DNA of 32,000 nucleotides from Patescibacteria group bacterium (GTDB lineage Bacteria; Patescibacteriota; Patescibacteriia; UBA2591; UBA6264): NCBI GenBank assembly GCA_028713575.1, contig JAQTOB010000005.1, positions 26,978 to 58,977 of the forward strand, read 5' to 3'. Shown piece by piece: positions 15,118 to 24,100 of this stretch (position 1 is its first letter; each line of letters starts with the position of its first letter). The notes under the pieces were generated by a model. It saw only the letters and a program-made list of their open reading frames with translations, ran no database searches and was not told where the DNA came from. The position numbers and the translations under genes were made by a program.

Positions 15118-18100
15118 TTATAATCTAGAACAAACTCCTTTATAATATGTATGTTTTTTCCTATCATAACAACAACATTCTTCTCCTGTACAGCCGCCAC
15201 AACTAGAACAACCTGTACAAGAGTCTCCACTTTGACACATAGATTCACTATTCCATTCGCAATTGCTGTTGCAAATTTTGCACCGACAAGTCTTCGCTTC
15301 TGCTTCCGTCTCGCCAGGAACACAAGCGCCTCCGCCCTGACAAAGTCCCCAAGAACAACTAAAACAATCTCTTAACCCTAAATTGCAATTGCCGCAAGGA
15401 ACATTAGTTTGTCCGTCGCAAATCTCTCCACAATTGACAGCGCCGTCGCCACAAGAACTAACCCATTTTCCATTACTGCATTTTTGTTGGGGTGTAACGG
15501 GATGACAATTACCTGGGGCATAACATTGATTATTATAAGAACAATAGTTTAAGGAACAACAAACTCCATCAACACAATTTCCGCTGCCGCATTTCAAATA
15601 CGGCCGCGCTCCTTGTCCTGTCACCGCTTTACAAATTCCGTCAGCATTGCAAGTATGACAAATTGAACAAGAATGTTGACCAAGGATATAAGTTTTACAA
15701 GTCCCGTTATCGCAGTAACGACAGCCTTGGTCCCCGCTTGTGCAACCTAAGGCCGTGGCGTCGGCGGCATAAACAGTTTGTCCGGAACAACTACCCGAAG
15801 GATTACATGCCTGACAAACACCACAAGCGCCATGTTCATTATTAGTATAAACCTTACAGGTTCCATTATCGCAATAACGGCAACGTTGGTCTCCTCCGCT
15901 TGTGCAACCTAAAGCCGTAGCGTCGGCGGCATAAGCGGTCGTTGGTTTGCATTTACCGCTTTGACAAATTTGGCAAGGACCACAAGCATGGTGTTCATTG
16001 TCATCATAAGTCTTACAATAATTGCCATAACTGTCATTTTTATCACAATAACGACAGCCTTCATCGCCACTTGTGCAACCTAAAGCCGTGGCTTTGGCGG
16101 CATAAGCGGTTGTTGGTTTGCATTTACCGCTTTGACAAATTTGGCAAACACCACATTTTGCCCCATCTGGTTTTTTCACATTGATTGAAGAACAATTAAC
16201 AGATCCTTCGCATATTTCTTCAACATCGCAAGGCCCGTCCACCGGACGACAAATCACCCTTTGATAAATCTGTGCAATCAAATCAGGTGGACATTTAGCG
16301 GATTCACCCGTACATTTTTCTTCAAAATCACAATCTCCTTTTTTAGGTCCGCAAACAACAGTACTCGCTTTAAAACGATGATTGACATCGCAACAAAGGT
16401 CATCAATATTGGAACACTGCCAATTAGCCGGCCGACAAACACTATCTAAACAATTACCCGAACAACAATCTGAATCAGAACCGCAGCTTGAGCCATTGAT
16501 TTTCTTCTCGCAGCCGTCTGCCCAATTACTATTGCAATTTTCCCAATCAGAATGACAAACCCAACCAGTATAAGTAGAATTACAAGTACAAGAAGCATGG
16601 GGCGGTAAAGCCACTTCCTCAGTATCACAAAATTCTCCACATTGAAGAATTCCATCATTGCAAACCGGCGCTTCTTCTGAAGAGTAATAATAATTGGTAA
16701 TACCAACTTGATCTGATTCATTAATATAAATTTTATCTTCTCCTTGCCAAACAACTTGTCGGTCGCTGTATTCCATGTTGGCACCCAAGGTGTAATAAAA
16801 GCCTAAACAAGCAGGGTCTTCCGGCGCATAATATTGATAAACATGGGAACCGACAGGATGTTCAAAAACCTTGGTCAATGAATTATAACAGGTATTTTTA
16901 CATTGATAATCCGGTTTGTCAGAACAATTAGCGCAAGAACCGTTGAATTTATTAACCGGGTCAAGAGGCAAAGAAGCGCCTAAAATTTTCCCTAAAGTAT
17001 TTTGCCAAGAAGGCCACAAACTGTTGGTTTTCCCTAAAACATAAGTTCCCTGCCCCAAAGCCGGATAAAAACCATAATTCTGTTTATAAGCTTCTACTTT
17101 TTCTTTTATTTCCTCTAAATCATAAATTCTTAAAAGGTCTCTTTGAATTTCTTCTTTCTCTGATGAATTGCTTAAGTTTATGTTAAACTTCCAATTATTT
17201 AATAATTGCTTAAAAATATCCTTTACTTCATCACTGGCCTTGTCGTTATAAGAAATAAGATAAATATAATTATTAATGTATGCCAATCTTCCAAAATCTC
17301 CAAAATCTACATTAACGGCGCCGACATAAGTGGTCCTTCCTTCTTGAAGGCCATAATAACCATCAATGACAATATTTTGGGGAGAACCGAGATTGAGTAC
17401 ATTTTCCTGATACCATTTTGCCGGTGATAAACGTCTGTTATTTTTGATTATCTTTAAACCAATTATGTCGCCGCTGTATTCTATGGGGAAAATAAATTCT
17501 TTAAGCAAATTTTCTTCTTTGCCGATAGAAATCGCCGGTGGTTGCAATTGCGGTAAAAGATTATTTTTTTCTTTTGTATCGCGGCAATATTTTATTCTGA
17601 AATTAGTTTCTTCATCTTCATAAGGACCCCAGGGATTTTCGCAAAGAAAAACATCTACCTGAGATTGGCCGGAAACGGAAACAATCGGGTTAGAACCAAT
17701 AATCTTGGCTGTCGCCGTAATTTGAGATTGGCCATTTTTGTTTTCAGCGGTAATCGTTTCCTTTTCTAAAACTGACCCGCTCACGGAAACTGTCGCCGGA
17801 TTAGAAGATTCCCAAGACCAAGTCCAGTCATAAACATTAGAAATGCCATAAATTTCATTTCCTTTGTCATCATACGTTCTGGCTATTAAATCTTCTGTTT
17901 GGTCCTTTTTTTCAAAAAAGATATTATCAGGGGCAATACTTACTTTTGACAATAAGCAAAGTTCATCTGGTATAAATTCCCAGCTTTGTTTTTGGCCTAA
18001 ATCCAGGCCGTATTGGTTTTTTAACAAACCACTAAGAACAACCACGTATTTTCTTCCCTGGTCAAACAATTCTTGCGTCTTTATCTTAATAACTGTTTCA

Positions 18101-21100
18101 TTATTTATCTTTTGAATTTCAATACTAATCGGTAATTCGCATCGCCAAAGATCATCCCCTTCTCCCACCTTTGCCGCCACTGCTTCCCAAATAAAAATCT
18201 TTTTAACATTTTCCCATAAATGGGCAAAAAATTTATAAATATCATTAGATTCGCCTAATGGCCTTTTCTCACAAATTAATCCACTTTGTGCTGCTTTATA
18301 TTCGCCGAATAATTTAATTGTTTCTGAAGAAATTGTTTTTTCGTCCATTAATTGATCAAAAGTGGCGCTAACCAATGTATTGCGACAAACATTGTCCCCC
18401 AGCGGTTGATAACCGCTAACCCTGGGCGCCTTTGCCACAATTAAATTTATATTTCCAGAAGAGCTTTCTCCTTCTATTGACGAAGTCGCCGTGGCTTTAA
18501 TTTCTGTTTCGCCCAGGCCTATTGCCGTGGCCGTAGCCGCGTTAACTAAACCGCTTACTGTTACCACCCCTGTCTTACTTGATTCCCATCCCCAGGCAAA
18601 ACTATTGTGATTTAAAATTTGACAATCCGGGCCTAAAGCTAAAGCTAAATAATTTCTTGTTCCCGGTAAAGTAATTATCCCCGGCCTCTGTCCGTCGGGA
18701 ATTTCTTCCCTAACTTTCACTGCGGTTGAAGGAGAATTGGTCGCCTGGTCATTGGTCTTAAAATACCAAATATAATCATCAAAGGGCGAACCTTCTTCAA
18801 TGCTATTTTTATTGCCGTCCAACTGAGAACCGTTAATATCTTTAATCCCTGTTGGTCCGCTCTTTAAAATAACCTGATACCAATAATTCTGTTCCCATGA
18901 AGAAGTGGGGGTAAAAATAAAGCCCTTATTGTTTAAGCTGGCCAAAGAAATTATTCCACTCACGTCAATAAGACAAGAATTTTTATCTAAGTCCTTGCCG
19001 GCATTGCATTTTTTAACAATAATATTACTGTTATTTAATCCATTTACTTTTTTGTTAAATCTAGCGGAAACAAGGGCATTACGGCAAATCTCTGAAGAAA
19101 GTGGGTAGGGAGAAGGACTTTGAGGTTCTTGCTCGCAACCACTCTCCTCAATAACCCAAGGCAAGTTTTTTCGGCAAGCATAATGATAAACATATGCCGG
19201 AGTGCAATGACAATAATAAGCGCTACCAATCGGACATTGGTCGCAACGCTCCTGAGGAACTAAATCGCCCAACCATATTTTATTGTTAATCCAATCATAT
19301 TGTCCGGAGATAAAATCCGCATTATTTCCGTCAGGATTGGTTTTTAATTTTTGGTCTGTGGTCCACTCGCTGACTACCTGACCTGTTTGGGCATTCATTT
19401 TTCTGATTTTTCCAGTCCATTCAATGGCATAAACATAATCACCGTCGGCAATAATGCCGTCGGTATAAAAAGAATCTTCATCATAACCATAATCAGAACC
19501 CCTTGAATCCCATTCCCTGATTAATTTCCAATTATCATTGGGGTCAAAAACTCTTACTCTAAAACCATTATAACCCGAACTTAAACTATAAGCTAAATTA
19601 TAAATATATTCTCCATCAGAAGTAATTAAATGACCACCATAAGGACCGGTTGCTGTTTGTCCGGTGTCCCTGACTATTAAACCGGCAGGAATATTAACAA
19701 TGGTGTCCACTGAGCCGGTTTGCGCGTTAACTCTTTCAATGTGATACCCATCCGTGGTATAACCGTTGTAAAGATAACCGTCCGGATAATAAGTCATGGT
19801 CAAACTGGAATGAACATTGGCTAAATCGCCGTAAACTTGTCCGGCAATTGTCCCTTGATAACCTGTGCCTATTTTAGTAATAACATTATCCGGGCAACCT
19901 TGTTCGCTGGCGCAATCATATGTCCCCGGCGACCAACGGTCATAATTCGTCCAACTTTTTCCATAAAGATATTTGCCATCAGTGGCTAAAACGCCAACGC
20001 TTTGGCTGTCAAAGGGTTCGGTCGGCGGATAGTCATTTATTTTTTCTCCAATTTTAATCGGCAGACCATCTCTAGTCCCTAAAGTGCCGAAAAATCCGCA
20101 ACCGCCTAAATCCACTAAATCAAAAGATAATGGATTACTTTCTAAAAAAATGTCGTCGCAAACTTCAATCCAATCTCCAAAACATTGACCGGCAAAAGAT
20201 AAATTGCTGCATTCCAGACGACAATTAATTTTTGCTTTTTTGTTTACTTTAATGGAGCCGCTCTGCGCCCCTTGAGGAACAGTAATATTATTTATTTCCA
20301 TGTCAGACAACCAGGTTAAAGAACTTGTCTCCTTTCCCGGATTAAAAATAAGTTTTCTTTCTTGTTCTCCCGGTTTTAAATCAAAACCCAAGCCCTTAAT
20401 GGTTAAGGGATAAAAACCCTCATAGCCATTATCCGGGATTAATTGGCATAATGCCGGTGGCAAAGGATTTTTATTAAGCCTCCAATCAAATAAATTACTG
20501 TTGACGCTTTCCTTTGGTTTTAAATAAATTTGAAGATTATAAAAATCCTGATTAACGGCAACAGTAGGCAATTCTTGGGGAACGGCCACAATTATTTCTT
20601 TGTCTGTCCATTTATTGGGACAGTAATCCGGCAATGGGTCGGAAGGATAATCCTGGCCGTCATATCTGAAATAAACCACCCCCTGTTCTGAAGTAAAATT
20701 ATTGCCTTTAATCGTAATCCAGGTTCCCCTTGGTCCTTGAGCTGGACTAATGCCGGTTATTAACGGTTCTTGATAAAAAGTAACCGTATTGCTCGGCTTT
20801 AAAGGATGGTCTGTTTCCAAAGGCGAGGGCACCCAAACCTCTATCCCTGCTTGTCCTTCTGAAATAGCCGGCGCAATTATTTCAATTTTTTCATTAGACC
20901 ACTTGCCAGAATTAGTGATAATCTGTTGGTCATTGTTTCCTTTGCCAAAAACCACATAACTATTTTCTTGCCGGTCGCCAAAATTAACTCCTTTGATGGT
21001 AATTTTTGTCCCTGTTTTTCCATAATTAGGCTGTAATTCACAAATAGCTGGATGAAATTCGTTATTTACCGTAAAATCTATTTCATTACTCGTGCCTTGT

Positions 21101-24100
21101 TCGGCATTAACCACCGTAAGAGGATAATCTTTATCAATGATTAGGCCCTGGGGAACAATGGCGACAATTTCTTTATCAGACCAATTGTTACATCCTATTT
21201 CCGCCACGATATTTCCGAATTTAACCGTATTTTCTCCTTGAGTAAAGCCAAAATTGCTCCCGAAAATCGTTACATAAGTGGGAACTTTTGGATTGTTGGA
21301 ACCGCTAATTGGATTAATACTTTTAATAATCGGCGGATTTAAAATACTGATAAATTCTCCGCTACCAACAATGTTTGAAGCGTCAGCAAAAATATTGGCG
21401 GTTTCACCCTCAATACTGCCACTAACCGGAGAAGCGGTTGTTGCCAGCCCGGTTTGCCGGCTTAAAGACGCAATCGTGATATCACTTGATTGCCAGTCAA
21501 ATCCGGCAACGCAAACTTGATTATTATTAAAATCATAAGCTTGCCCGACATAAACAACATTTTCCTTAAAAGAAGTAACTTCTGCTTTTTCCGGGTTAAC
21601 CCTTACTTGACTAACAAGACAAAAACGGTCTTCTGCTCCGGTACTAAACTGCCAAGTATAATCGTTCATAGAAACTCCCAAATCGCTTTTAATCCCCCTT
21701 CCGTCTTGACCGCCGATTAATTTAATTTCATAAATTGATGTCGGTTCCAATTGACAATTATCAGGATAAAGAATTATTTTATTATTATCATTATTAACAA
21801 CTAAATTAAATCCTGTCTTTTCCTCATTTGTTTGCATAATTCCAACTTGATGAATTCTGAGATTAGAATCACCCGCCCCAGGCTGAGTCCAATCATTATC
21901 CCATAATAATCTAATAAGATGTGGACCCTCTGTCATTTCTCCTAAGGAAATATAAGAAAATTGAGAAACCAAAGAAGCGTCAGCGCAAAAACTTTCCTTT
22001 TCTTCATTATCAACAAAAACTCTAATATGATGTTGGATGCCGGGCTCAGAACATTTATTGTCTTCGCCTAAATCTTTTATTTCTCCAAAATAATTAGAAG
22101 TTTCCACATAAAGATTATGTTCCCCTTTTTGAGAGATAGTAAATTCATAATCCCAATAATTATTCTCGCAACTGCCGGTATAAATGTCGGTCTCATAAAT
22201 ACATTTCGTCTTTTCTACCGCCTCATAATCTTTTCCATTTTTAGCCGTTGTTAAAGAGGCTAATTTTTTAAAACTTATATTATTATTTAAAGAATTGGGA
22301 TTTAAGCGGGAATCAAAATCTATTTCCACTGCAGTATTTAAACAAACATTATTACCAACCGGATTATGATTAACAACATTCGGGCGCGGATAACAACAAC
22401 GATTCGGATCATTCAGGGCACAGCCCAAAAGTGAACCGCATTGGTCATCATTTCGGCAACCACAACAAAGACCACGATCCGCGCCGGTACAGCTGCCTTG
22501 TCCCGCGGTGCATTCAAGCGGCGCCGGACAAGAATTAGGGCTTACATTACAACAACAACGACAAGTATCTTCTGGTTCATGTAAACAACTATAAACCGGA
22601 GATTCGCATTCATACATGGGATTTTCCGAACAATAATAAGACTGATAACAAACTCCCCCCGGTTTGTTTAGATGCGACAAAATATCAAAAGGCAAACCAT
22701 TGCTTTTGCCTTTTTCGTTAACCACTGTTACTGGTCCGTTTTGGGCATTTAAAGGAACAATTGCTCCATTAATATTTTGGTCCGCCCAATTTGAATAAAC
22801 CGCTTCTTGATTATTATAAAAAATAACTTTACTTGAATTGGCGGGAGAATTAAACCTTAAACCGTTCAAATTAACTTTTGTTTCTTCCGGATAACCGATT
22901 GACGGATTAATAGATAAAAGACAAGGGCCGTCCGCTTGATTATCGCTGTTGACATAAAAATCAACTTGATTGCTATTCATTTGTTCTCCTGATTGATATT
23001 GAATAACGGCCTGAATATTCGGCCTATCTCCTTTAACATAAATTTCCGGCACCACAGTAGTTAAATAATTATTATCAAAACCGCCAATTATTGAAAGAGT
23101 TGTAATGTCGTTTAAAATAAATTCTATTCTTATGGGTTCGGCTGTCTGCCAATTGGTTCCTTTAAAACATTGTCCATAAATGGTTAAACACTCTCCCCTT
23201 AATCCTTGGCTTGGGGTAATATGAGATATCCAGGGAGAACAAAGACAATTTTCCAAATCCGCGGTTTTAAAACTCCACTCGCCGGATAAGAAATTTCCCT
23301 GCTGATTAATAATCAAATCCGTGAAAACCTTTACCTTATATTCCGTATTGTCCTTTAAATTATTATCCGGATTAAAAGTGAAAATTCTAAAATGATTATT
23401 AACCGGCGCCCCAAAATCACTTACTTTAAAAACGCCGTTAGAAATCCTTTTTTCATAAGGCGGCTCTAATTCACTTGGATTTAAAGAAATAGAAAAATTA
23501 TCTCTCCCGTCTGTAATTTCCATAGTCACTAAACTGTTATACATCTGAGTTTCAAAAACCACGCTAATATCAGTATCCGGACAAACTGTTTTATTGTTGG
23601 GGTAATAAGATTTTATGCCCGGCACCCGATCATTGGTTTGAAATTCCCATTCCGCGGCTTCGGTCATGGAATTTAAACAAAGATCTTCTATACCTTCAAT
23701 ATGAACCCGATACCAAATAAAAGATTCCAGTAAATTGCCGTCCCTCAATTTTAATTTAAAGCCATTACTGTCTCCATTAATTTGAAAATTTTCTTTTGAC
23801 AAAATCTGAACAACATTTCCGTTCTGGCCATCTAAAGCTGCCAGCCAAATATTTTCTTCCAAAGGATAATCATTTTCGTCTGAAACCGTCGTAATATCAA
23901 TGGGTTCGGAAAATTTAACCTCAATTAAAGGACTCCGGGAAACGTTTTGGTCGGGATAGCTCGGGTCTTCTGAATTAAAAATCGGATAAGCAGAAACTAT
24001 TTCCGGCGGAATTTCATCATTTTGTTCACCGGTGGTAAAATCCCAAATAAAGTGAGATGCTGTTTCCGAACAGCCGCCAGCAGCCAAACATTGTTGCAAA

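Noticed and set aside
15670-16155. Whether the Cys tandem repeats are a diversity-generating retroelement VR/TR pair
   Set aside because: There is no reverse transcriptase gene in the window. All repeats lie in-frame within one CDS. The differences between copies are not restricted to adenine positions; I see C/T and GG/AC changes, for example.
16282-16395. The KGD tripeptide (GPKKGDCD) as an integrin-binding motif, as in barbourin
   Set aside because: The KGD directly abuts the Cys of an xxCD loop. It corresponds to the non-RGD ADAM/SVMP-type disintegrin-like loop, not to an exposed RGD/KGD tip. A tripeptide is not evidence of integrin binding in a bacterial context.
15087-16784. Several alternative-frame or antisense ORFs in the Cys-rich part of the giant gene: 15087-15323 (-), 15151-15375 (+), 15663-15845 (+), 15942-16184 (+), 16261-16449 (+) and 16446-16784 (-)
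   Set aside because: All are nested in the 3258-aa ORF, whose frame carries coherent domain signatures. The nested ORFs have odd H/K/R/N- or V-rich compositions, as expected from reading TGY/GCA-rich repeats out of frame.
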